Origin: an uncultured delta proteobacterium
Lineage (GTDB): Bacteria > Desulfobacterota > Binatia > UBA9968
DNA length: 64,000 bases
NCBI GenBank assembly: GCA_963771465.1
Contig: CAVYTU010000017.1
Location: forward strand, 992,001 to 1,056,000
Direction: 5' to 3'
This document shows, in pieces, positions 55,605 to 64,000 of the stretch (the stretch's first letter is position 1; every line of letters starts with the position of its first letter). Under the pieces are notes generated by a model that saw nothing but the letters and a program-made list of their open reading frames with translations, searched no databases and was not told where the DNA came from. The translations under genes were made by a program, and so were the position numbers.

Positions 55605-58187
55605 ATGGAAGCGACCAAAGTCACGCCCATGATGCAGCAGTATCTGCAAATCAAGGAGCGCTACCAGGACGCCATCCTGTTTTTTCGCCTCGGCGATTTT
55701 TACGAAATGTTTTTCGAAGACGCTCATACGGCGTCGAAGATTCTCGACATCGCGCTCACCTCGCGCAACAAAAGCGACGACGGCTCGGTGCCGCTCTGCG
55801 GCGTGCCGTACCACTCGGTGGAACCGTATATTCAAAAGCTATTGAACGCCGGCCATAAAGTCGCCGTGTGCGAGCAGGTCGAAGACCCGGCGCTGGCCAA
55901 GGGCGTGGTCAAACGCGAAGTGGTGCGCGTGATCACGCCGGGCACGGTGACTGCGGTCGATGCGCTCGACGCGCGTGGCAATAATTTTCTCGCCGCGGTT
56001 TTCAAGGGAAGCGCAGGGTTCGGTCTGGCGCTGACCGATATCACCACCGGAGAGTTTCGTTGTACCGAGATCGGCGAGGAGGCGGCGTTGCTCGACGAGC
56101 TGGGCCGGATTCGTCCGAGCGAAATCCTGCTGGCAAGCCGTGACGCTCGGCTCGGCGAGCGGCTCTACAAGGAATATCCATCGATCCATTTCACTCGACT
56201 GGCCGATGAGCAGTTCGGCGATTCGGCTGGAAGTCGGGTGGCGCCCGAGTTTGCCGATCGGCTGATCGGTTACGCCGACGGCATTGGCGCCGCCTCGGCG
56301 ATCCTCGCTTATCTGCAAGCCAACGCCGGCGAATCGCTCAAGCTGCTGCGCGATCTCGAACTCTACGCGGTGGCCAATTATTTAGTTCTGGATGACGCGA
56401 CGCGGGCAAATCTAGAGTTGGTCGCCAACTATCAGGGAGACCGAACGGGTTCGCTTCTGGCGATTCTCGATCGCACGATTACGGCCGTCGGCGCGCGCCG
56501 GCTGCGCCGCTGGCTGCTTTATCCATTGCTTGATGAACGCGCAATCCGCGAACGCTTAGACGGCGTCGGCGAGTTGGCGCAAAGCTTTTCGCTGCGCCAA
56601 GAGTTGCGCCTCGGTCTGGAAAAAATTCAAGATTTGGAGCGGCTCGCCGGCCGGGCCATGGCGGGGAGCGCGTCGCCAAAGGATTTGGTGGCGATCAAGG
56701 AAACCGTTGGCAGCGTCGGCGTGCTCCGAGACGCGCTCAAGAGTGTCGACGCGCCGATACTCACTGGCGCCCGCACCGGCTTGGCCGATCTGCCCGACGT
56801 GGTGAGGTTGATCGCGCGCGCCATGGTCGACGATCCACCGTTCGCGCTTAAAGACGGCGGCTTCATACGCGCCGGATTCGATGCCGAGCTCGACGAGATT
56901 CGCGCGATGAAGTCTCACGCCAAAGATTGGATCGCCCAATTCGAAGCCGGCGAACGGCGGCGCACCGGCATTCATTCGCTCAAAGTGCGCTACAACCGGG
57001 TGTTTGGCTATTACATCGAAGTGACGCAGTCCAATCTTAAATCGGTGCCCGCCGATTACATGCGTAAACAGACCTTGGCCAATGGCGAGCGCTACATCAC
57101 GCCGGAGCTGAAAGAATATGAAGCCAAGGTGCTCAACGCCGAAAGCCTGATCGAAAAATTAGAAGCCGCCTTGCTCACGCGAGTGCGCGAAGAAGTTGCG
57201 GCGTACTATCCGGCTTTGAAAAAAATGGCCGATGCGCTGGCGCTCCTCGATGTCTTGGCGGCATTGGCGGAGGTTGGCGAAGCCTATCGGTTTATTCGGC
57301 CTGAGATCGACAGCAGCGTCGCCTTGTCGATTCGCGAAGGGCGCCATCCGGTGGTCGAAAATACCGTCGGCCGGGGCGCATTCGTCGCCAACGACTGCCG
57401 CATTGAGCCGAGCGAGCAGCAGATCATTTTGCTCACCGGCCCCAACATGGCCGGCAAGTCGACCTATATGCGCCAGGTGGCGCTAATCGTGATTCTCGCC
57501 CAAATGGGCAGCTTCGTGCCGGCGGCCGAAGCACATATCGGCATCGTCGAGCGCATATTCACGCGCATCGGCGCGGCCGATTCGTTGGCGCGCGGCGAGT
57601 CGACGTTCATGGTCGAAATGAAAGAGACCGCCAATATTTTGCACCATGCGACGGCGCGCAGTTTGATTCTGCTCGACGAGGTGGGTCGGGGCACGAGCAC
57701 CTTTGACGGCATCTCGATCGCCTGGGCGGTGGCCGAGGCGTTGCACGATAGTGCGAGCCGGCCGCGCACATTGTTTGCGACCCATTATCATGAACTGACG
57801 GAATTGGCCGAGAGCAAAGAGCGCATCAAAAATTTCAATTTCGCGGTTAAGGAATGGCGCGGCGAGATCATTTTCCTGCGTAATTTGATCGACGGCGCGG
57901 CGAGCCATAGTTACGGTATTCATGTCGCGCGTTTAGCTGGCATGCCTGCCGGAGTGATCGAACGGGCCAAAGAAATATTAGCGCAGCTGGAAGGCAGCCA
58001 AGGGAGCCGCGCCGGACATTTCAATGGGCGCAGTCAAAATGCCGTCGAAGCGCCGCTGCAGATGGGCTTGTTCACCAGCGCCGATAATCGCTACCGCGAT
58101 CGACTGGCGGCCCTCGATGTCGCACGGATGACGCCCATCGAAGCGCTGAACCGGCTGCACGAGCTCTCCGAAGAGGCCAAGAAGTGA
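55605..58187 (+). CDS. mutS: DNA mismatch repair protein MutS
   Basis: TPMMQQY, FRLGDFYEMF, TGPNMAGKSTYMRQ, STFMVEM, DEVGRGTST, ATHYHEL. Confidence 0.99.
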   Translation: MEATKVTPMMQQYLQIKERYQDAILFFRLGDFYEMFFEDAHTASKILDIALTSRNKSDDGSVPLCGVPYHSVEPYIQKLLNAGHKVAVCEQVEDPALAKGVVKREVVRVITPGTVTAVDALDARGNNFLAAVFKGSAGFGLALTDITTGEFRCTEIGEEAALLDELGRIRPSEILLASRDARLGERLYKEYPSIHFTRLADEQFGDSAGSRVAPEFADRLIGYADGIGAASAILAYLQANAGESLKLLRDLELYAVANYLVLDDATRANLELVANYQGDRTGSLLAILDRTITAVGARRLRRWLLYPLLDERAIRERLDGVGELAQSFSLRQELRLGLEKIQDLERLAGRAMAGSASPKDLVAIKETVGSVGVLRDALKSVDAPILTGARTGLADLPDVVRLIARAMVDDPPFALKDGGFIRAGFDAELDEIRAMKSHAKDWIAQFEAGERRRTGIHSLKVRYNRVFGYYIEVTQSNLKSVPADYMRKQTLANGERYITPELKEYEAKVLNAESLIEKLEAALLTRVREEVAAYYPALKKMADALALLDVLAALAEVGEAYRFIRPEIDSSVALSIREGRHPVVENTVGRGAFVANDCRIEPSEQQIILLTGPNMAGKSTYMRQVALIVILAQMGSFVPAAEAHIGIVERIFTRIGAADSLARGESTFMVEMKETANILHHATARSLILLDEVGRGTSTFDGISIAWAVAEALHDSASRPRTLFATHYHELTELAESKERIKNFNFAVKEWRGEIIFLRNLIDGAASHSYGIHVARLAGMPAGVIERAKEILAQLEGSQGSRAGHFNGRSQNAVEAPLQMGLFTSADNRYRDRLAALDVARMTPIEALNRLHELSEEAKK

Positions 58188-58209
58188 CTTGCTTATTGCG
58201 AGGTGAAGG

Positions 58210-59562
58210 ATGAAAGGACGCTTGCAACCCTGGTACATTCTCGTCGGTTTACTCTGTGTGGGATATACGCTCACGTTGCCAAACGATGAAGTCGCATTGG
58301 CGCAGAGTCAAAAGGGCGATGCAATCAAAGAACCCCCGGTGGATACAACGCCAACGCTTAAACCTCTCGACAAAGAGGCAGCGCTTGGCAGCGGCGATAA
58401 CGAACAGAAGGGCACGGCGGCGGATGATAAAACACGGGTGACCGGGCTCCGTTTCTTATCGTCGCCGGCGTATACCCGGATCATGTTGGATCTGTCCCGG
58501 GAAACCCCATATGAAGTGCGTCAGCTGAAAGAAGATACGGCAAAGGGTACGCCGGCGCGGATTTATATCGATATCAGCGGCGCGCGCTTGGCGCTTGCGT
58601 CTAAAGAACCGGTGGTGGTCGAGGACGGCCTGTTGAAGCAGATTCGCATCGGTCAATACAGCGCCGATACCGTGCGGGTGGTTCTAGATATGCACAGTCT
58701 CAGAGCGCACAACGCTTTTATCTTTTCAGATCCCTATCGGTTGGTGCTCGACGTGCAGGGGCAAAAGGCGCTTGAAAGTAGGTCGGCAAAGGAGACGCCG
58801 GCGAGAAGGGCGCCCGCGGGACGCAAGCCAGAGGTCAAGGAAAAAGTCTCGGGACAGGGCGCGGCGCTCAACGGCGGCATTCGCAAGATCGTCTTGGATC
58901 CCGGTCATGGCGGCAAAGATCCCGGCGCCATCGGCGTCGGCGGGCGAGCCGAAAAAGATGTCGTGCTCAGCATCGCAAAACGACTCGCCGTCAAATTGAA
59001 AAATGAGATGGGTATTCAGGTGGTTTTGACGCGCAAGGATGATCGCTATGTACCGTTGGAAAATCGTACGGCCATCGCCAACGCCGAAGACGCCGATCTT
59101 TTCATCTCTCTGCACATGAACGCCAGCGTCAACAGCGAAGCCAAAGGCATCGAGACTTATTATCTCGATAACACCACGGACGAGGCCGCGTTGCGCCTGG
59201 CCGCCCGGGAGAACGGCACGTCGCGTAAAGACGTCTCCGATCTGCAATTTATCTTGAGCGATATGACCCAGAATATAAAACTCGAAGATTCGATCGCGTT
59301 GGCGCATCGCTTGCACAACTCAGCGGTCGGCGGCATGGGCAAAGCGATCAGCGAGGTCAAAGATTTGGGCGTCAAGAAGGCGCTGTTCTACGTGCTCGTC
59401 GGCGCGCGTATGCCCAGCGTATTAGTCGAAATGTTTTTTATTACCAACCCCATTGAAGGGCGATCCATGGGCCAAGAAAGCACCCAAGATGCGATGGTCG
59501 AGGCGCTTATGCAGGGCATTCAAAAATACACCCAATCCAGCGTCATGGCGCGAACTCTTTGA
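58210..59562 (+). CDS. N-acetylmuramoyl-L-alanine amidase with AMIN domains (AmiC-like)
   Basis: LDPGHGGKDPGA, EKD, LTR, FISLHMN, MPSVLVE; AMIN-like VRVVLD and PYRLVLD. Confidence 0.92.
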   Translation: MKGRLQPWYILVGLLCVGYTLTLPNDEVALAQSQKGDAIKEPPVDTTPTLKPLDKEAALGSGDNEQKGTAADDKTRVTGLRFLSSPAYTRIMLDLSRETPYEVRQLKEDTAKGTPARIYIDISGARLALASKEPVVVEDGLLKQIRIGQYSADTVRVVLDMHSLRAHNAFIFSDPYRLVLDVQGQKALESRSAKETPARRAPAGRKPEVKEKVSGQGAALNGGIRKIVLDPGHGGKDPGAIGVGGRAEKDVVLSIAKRLAVKLKNEMGIQVVLTRKDDRYVPLENRTAIANAEDADLFISLHMNASVNSEAKGIETYYLDNTTDEAALRLAARENGTSRKDVSDLQFILSDMTQNIKLEDSIALAHRLHNSAVGGMGKAISEVKDLGVKKALFYVLVGARMPSVLVEMFFITNPIEGRSMGQESTQDAMVEALMQGIQKYTQSSVMARTL

Positions 59563-59571
59563 GATCATCCC

Positions 59572-62289
59572 ATGGACGCAGTCGCCATCTCATTAGGCCT
59601 GCTCAACGATACCAAGGTCGAACCCGACTTAAAGAGTCTGGCCAAGGGTTATCTTGAACGGGGTCGAGCGCTACTATTCGAAAGACATCGGCAGGGCGCC
59701 GGCGGGCTCGAAGTGTGCGCGGCGTTTTCTACCGTGATGGATCATCTCATTCGTCACCTGCTGGGCGCGATCAGCGGCGATGTGCTCTATCGTTTTCCCG
59801 GCCAAACGCCGCGATTCGCCATCATCGCGCAGGGCGGCTACGGGCGTGGCGAGCTTAATCCGCAGTCCGATATCGATTTACTTTTCCTGCACACTTGGAA
59901 AGTCACGCCATTTGTCGAAAGTCTTACCGAAAGGCTGCTCTACACCCTGTACGATAGCGGTCTACAGGTCGGTCACGCTTTGCGCACCATTTCCGACTGC
60001 GTGCGTCTGGCCGAGAGCGACATGAAGATCCGCACGTCGTTGTTGGACGCGCGCTTTTTGTGCGGCGACTTTACGCTCTACGGCGAGTTCGAGAAGACCG
60101 TGGAGAATAAACTACTCAAAAAGAGCATCGCTCGGTTCGTCCGGGAAAAACAGGATGAAAGCCGGCTGCGCCATGAATCTTACGGCGGTTCGATCTATCT
60201 GCTCGAACCGGAAGTTAAAGAAGGCGAAGGCGGCTTGCGCGATGTCCAGACCGCGCGCTGGATCGCCCGCGCCAAGCTCAAAGCAAAAGATTTAGACACT
60301 CTGGCGCTCAATGGGATTGTCAGCGCTAGCGACGTGGCCAATCTCAAGGAGTCGCAGGATTTTCTCCTCAGGGTGCGCAACGAACTGCATTTTTCCACCG
60401 GCAGGCATCAAGATCAGCTGACCTTCGAGCATCAAGAGAATGTGGCGGGCGCGCTCGGTTTTACCGGGGAAGGGAGTTTGCGCGCCGTCGAAGTCTTCAT
60501 GCGCACGTATTATCTGCATGCGGCGCAGATCGGCCGGCTTTCGAGTCTGATCATCCATCGGGTTACCGAGAGTGATAAGCCGCGTTTTACCGATAAGCTC
60601 AGTTTCGGGCGGGTTCTGCGCGAGGGCATTCGCCTGACGCGCGGCCATATCATCGTAACCAAACCGGAAGTGATCGCGGCGCACCCGGAAAATTTAATTT
60701 CGATATTCGATGATGCGCAAAAATATGGCTGCCGGTTGAGCCATGAGACGCTCGAATGTTTGCGCCAGCATTTACCTCTCATCGACGACGATCTACGCCG
60801 CTCGGCGGCGGCCAACGAGCAGTTTTTCACCATTCTCAAATGGAAGGAAAGCGTTTACGAGACGCTGTTGCTCATGCATCGCAGCGGCGTGCTCGGCGCG
60901 TTTATCCCAGAGTTTGGCCGGCTCCTTTGTATGGCGCTGCACGACGCTTACCATATTTACACGGTCGACGAGCATTCGTTGAAACTGATCCAGGAAATCG
61001 AACGGCTCAAGGCCGGCGACTATATCGACGCGCTGCCCCTGCTCACCCAAATCGCCCGGGAGACGGAAAAGATCGAGCTCTTGTATCTCGGCATGATGTT
61101 CCACGATATCGGCAAGGGTTTCGGCGGCGGCCATTCGGAGCGCGGCGCCAAGATGGTTCGGCCCATCGCCCGGCGCTTGCGTCTCAATGCCGACGACGGC
61201 GCCATGGTGGAGTTTCTCGTGCTGCATCATTTGCTGATGACCCACACGGCGTTTCGACGCGATTTGGAAGATGAAAAAACCATCTTCGAATTCGCCAAGA
61301 CCATGGGCAATGTCAACAATCTCAAGATGCTTTATTTGCTCACCTTCGCCGATGTCAAAGCGGTGGGGCCGGAAGTTTGGAATCCGTGGAAAGCCTCGCT
61401 GCTGGGCGAACTCTACGTCAAGGCGCTGCATTTACTCGAAGAGGTCGAGAAGGGCGAGTTTCAACGCGAGGACGTGCGCGCGGTGATACGGCGGGTGCAG
61501 AACCGGGTGCGTAAGCAACTCAAAGAAAGCCACGACGACGAAAAGGTCGAGCGCTTTATGGAAACTATGCCAGAGCGATATTTTGTCTCAACCCCGGAAA
61601 GCGATATCGCGGACCATTTCGAGTTGATGGACAAGTTTCGCGGCAAGAAAGTCGAAATATCAGTGCAACATTTTCCCGAGCGGGATTGTACTTCGGTAGT
61701 GATCTGTTCGCAGGACCGGCCTGGACTGTTTGCCTCCATCACCGGCGTTTTGAGTGCGCTGAGTTTGGATATTCTCAACGCCCGTATATTTACCGCCAGC
61801 GACGGCCGGATTCTCGATGTCTTTCGGATTTCGCACCATGGCCGCGCCGAGCTTGTTATGGCGGAACAGAAGTGGAATCGCTTTCGTGCGCTGCTGGACC
61901 AAGTTCTAGACGGCAAGATCGATGTCGCCAAGCTGGTCGAATCATCCAAGCCGACATTCTATCTGCAAAGGCACGCGCCGAAGGTTTCCACTGTGGTCAA
62001 TATTGATAATGACGTGTCGGACGATTTTACTGTCATCGAAATATTCACCGAGGACCGCATTGGCGTGCTGTTCAGAATCACCTACAGCTTGCACCAACTC
62101 GGCTTGTCGATTCATGTCGCAAAGATTTCGACCAACGTCGATCAGGTCGCCGACGTATTTTACGTCACCGATCAATCCGGCGCTAAATTGAGCGATGCCG
62201 AAGATCTCGAGAGCGTCAGAATCTTTTTGCGCGAAACTCTCGCCCCACAAGGTGCCAGTGGTGAACGAATCGCTCAGCTCCTACATTGA
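59572..62289 (+). CDS. glnD: [Protein-PII] uridylyltransferase
   Basis: GGYGRGELNPQSDIDL, KEGEGGLRD, YHIYTVDEH, FHDIGKG, two ACT domains (DRPGLF, DRIGVL). Confidence 0.97.
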   Translation: MDAVAISLGLLNDTKVEPDLKSLAKGYLERGRALLFERHRQGAGGLEVCAAFSTVMDHLIRHLLGAISGDVLYRFPGQTPRFAIIAQGGYGRGELNPQSDIDLLFLHTWKVTPFVESLTERLLYTLYDSGLQVGHALRTISDCVRLAESDMKIRTSLLDARFLCGDFTLYGEFEKTVENKLLKKSIARFVREKQDESRLRHESYGGSIYLLEPEVKEGEGGLRDVQTARWIARAKLKAKDLDTLALNGIVSASDVANLKESQDFLLRVRNELHFSTGRHQDQLTFEHQENVAGALGFTGEGSLRAVEVFMRTYYLHAAQIGRLSSLIIHRVTESDKPRFTDKLSFGRVLREGIRLTRGHIIVTKPEVIAAHPENLISIFDDAQKYGCRLSHETLECLRQHLPLIDDDLRRSAAANEQFFTILKWKESVYETLLLMHRSGVLGAFIPEFGRLLCMALHDAYHIYTVDEHSLKLIQEIERLKAGDYIDALPLLTQIARETEKIELLYLGMMFHDIGKGFGGGHSERGAKMVRPIARRLRLNADDGAMVEFLVLHHLLMTHTAFRRDLEDEKTIFEFAKTMGNVNNLKMLYLLTFADVKAVGPEVWNPWKASLLGELYVKALHLLEEVEKGEFQREDVRAVIRRVQNRVRKQLKESHDDEKVERFMETMPERYFVSTPESDIADHFELMDKFRGKKVEISVQHFPERDCTSVVICSQDRPGLFASITGVLSALSLDILNARIFTASDGRILDVFRISHHGRAELVMAEQKWNRFRALLDQVLDGKIDVAKLVESSKPTFYLQRHAPKVSTVVNIDNDVSDDFTVIEIFTEDRIGVLFRITYSLHQLGLSIHVAKISTNVDQVADVFYVTDQSGAKLSDAEDLESVRIFLRETLAPQGASGERIAQLLH

Positions 62290-63181
62290 TTCCTTTCTTT
62301 CCATGGCGAGCGTGGAGAAGGGGCTGGCGAAAAATACCATCGAGGCCTACAGCCGCGATTTGAACCGGCTCGCCGATTTTCTTATCAGACAAGGGATTGG
62401 CTCTTGGCCCAAAGTTGAGTCCGTTCATCTGCGCTCCTATCTTGCCGCGCTCAAGAGTGCCGGATTGAGCCCGCGCAGCGTGGCGCGCCATGTCGTGACC
62501 CTGCGCCGGCTTTATCGTTTTCTCGAAACCGAAGGCTTAGTCAACGAGAGTCCGGTGCCGCGGCTATTGTATTCGGCGCAGACTCGCAAACTGCCCCAGA
62601 CGCTCTCTGTGGCTGATGTGCGCACACTCTTGAACCAGCCAGACGATAAGGAAATGCTCGGCGCGCGCGATCAGGCGATGCTGGAATTACTCTACGCCAG
62701 CGGCCTTCGAGTGTCGGAATTGATAACGTTACGCACCCAGCAGGTCAATTTCCAAGGCAACTATCTGACCGTCAAAGGCAAAGGTGCTAAGGTTCGCGCC
62801 GTGCCCTTCGGTCAATGGGCGCGGCAGAAACTGTCGCGTTATCTAAACGATGTCCGGCCACGATTGCTCAAGGGCAAGTCCAGTTCGTATCTCTTCGTCA
62901 ACCGCGGCGGGCAAGGGCTCACTCGCCAGGGATTTTGGAAGCTGATTCGCCGCTATGCCTTGCTTGCCGGCATCGATAAGCGAGTCACGCCGCACACACT
63001 GCGCCATTCGTTTGCGACCCATTTGCTCGAAGGCGGCGCCGACTTGCGCGCGGTGCAGACGATGCTCGGCCACGCCGACATTTCGACGACGCAGATTTAT
63101 ACCCATGTCGACGGCGCCCGGCTCAAAGCGGTGCACCAGAAGTTTCATCCGCGCGAACGGCAAAGTGGCAAAACGGGGTGA
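62261..63181 (+). CDS. xerD: Site-specific tyrosine recombinase XerD
   Basis: RDQAMLELLYASGLRVSEL, LTRQGFWK, PHTLRHSFATHLLEGGADLRAVQTMLGHADISTTQIYTHV. Confidence 0.93.
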   Translation: MNESLSSYIDSFLSMASVEKGLAKNTIEAYSRDLNRLADFLIRQGIGSWPKVESVHLRSYLAALKSAGLSPRSVARHVVTLRRLYRFLETEGLVNESPVPRLLYSAQTRKLPQTLSVADVRTLLNQPDDKEMLGARDQAMLELLYASGLRVSELITLRTQQVNFQGNYLTVKGKGAKVRAVPFGQWARQKLSRYLNDVRPRLLKGKSSSYLFVNRGGQGLTRQGFWKLIRRYALLAGIDKRVTPHTLRHSFATHLLEGGADLRAVQTMLGHADISTTQIYTHVDGARLKAVHQKFHPRERQSGKTG

Positions 63182-63223
63182 CGGATTCGGATTCGGAATA
63201 TTAGCCGCAAAGAGCGCAAAAGG
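63182..63223 (+). repeat. Short intergenic repeat (TCGGA doublet + CCGCAAAG-AGCGCAAA)
   Basis: CGGATTCGGATTCGGAATATTAGCCGCAAAGAGCGCAAAAGG; related copies at 36960-36997 and 8329-8370. Confidence 0.6.
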
Positions 63224-63235
63224 GGATCGGAATAA

Positions 63236-64000
63236 ATGTTATTTCTCAACAACGATGACGTTAAACAAGTTTTGACCATGGAAGTTACGATGGACGCGCT
63301 GGACAAGGCGTATCGCGAGCTGGCGCGCCAAGAGGCGGTGTGTCGGCCGCGCATCGATATTCAGATTCCGACCAAGGATGCTGAAAAAATTTATCAGTGG
63401 GGCACCATGGAAGGCGGCTCCATGTCCGGCTACTTCGCGATTCGCATGAAGTCGGACGTGATTTACGAGCAAGAATATCAAGGCGCGATCACCCAGGAAA
63501 AATATTGCGTGCGGCCGGGAAGTTTCTGCGGCTTGATTCTCCTCAATAGTATCGAGAATGGCGAGCCGCTGGCACTGATCAACGATGGTTACTTGCAGCA
63601 TATGCGGGTTGGCGCCGACTCCGGCATCGGCGCCAAATACATGGCGCGCGAAGATGCCACGGTGGTCGGCATGATCGGTTCCGGCGGCATGGCGCGCTCC
63701 CATGTCGATTCATTTCTACAGGCGCGCCAGATCAAAAAAATTCAAGTCTACAGCCCGACCAAGGCCAATCGTGAGGCCTACGCCAAGGAGATCAGCGAAA
63801 ATTACGGCCTCGATGTTATTCCGATGAACCATCCTCGCGACGTCTACAAAGGCGCCCATATCGTCGCCGGTTGCACCGATTCGGCCGTACCGATCGTCAT
63901 CGGCAAATGGCTGGAGGAAGGCACTCATGTGACGTGTGTTGGCGGCAAGCCCGACGACGACACGTTAAAACGGATCGACGTTTCGCTTCGACTGGGCAAC
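63236..64000 (+). CDS. Ornithine cyclodeaminase / mu-crystallin family protein (3'-truncated; missing from ORF track)
   Basis: Manual translation MLFLNNDDVKQVL...GEPLALINDGYLQHMRVGADSGIGAKYMAREDATVVGMIGSGGMA; frame open to the window end. Confidence 0.9.
   Translation, partial: MLFLNNDDVKQVLTMEVTMDALDKAYRELARQEAVCRPRIDIQIPTKDAEKIYQWGTMEGGSMSGYFAIRMKSDVIYEQEYQGAITQEKYCVRPGSFCGLILLNSIENGEPLALINDGYLQHMRVGADSGIGAKYMAREDATVVGMIGSGGMARSHVDSFLQARQIKKIQVYSPTKANREAYAKEISENYGLDVIPMNHPRDVYKGAHIVAGCTDSAVPIVIGKWLEEGTHVTCVGGKPDDDTLKRIDVSLRLGN

Noticed and set aside
62261-63181. Prophage or island integrase
   Set aside because: Motifs and the context next to glnD fit housekeeping XerD; no phage genes, tRNA or att-like repeats nearby.

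Overview
GC-rich bacterial chromosomal segment; gene content (many ABC substrate-binding proteins, UbiD, amidohydrolase, acyl-CoA dehydrogenase and SDR paralogues next to lepA-lepB, mutL-miaA, mutS-amidase-glnD-xerD) suggests a Deltaproteobacteria-like lineage such as Candidatus Binatia (inference, not verified). No rRNA, tRNA, CRISPR array, prophage or transposase is visible. The most unusual signals are: (1) intergenic hairpins built from inverted arms of degenerate 6-, 7-, 8- and 9-mer tandem repeats, one of which is 'filled' by a four-helix-bundle (Avd/IVP-like) gene enclosed in 32-bp heptamer inverted repeats; (2) a tandemly duplicated two-gene module (A-B-A-B) of small single-pass membrane proteins behind lepB; (3) a 188-bp MITE with terminal inverted repeats and a CTAA direct repeat that supplies the stop codons of two convergent genes; (4) an intergenic-type repeat lying in frame inside the Lhr helicase. 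About ten small indels split otherwise intact genes, mostly at 43-53 kb, and are probably assembly errors.
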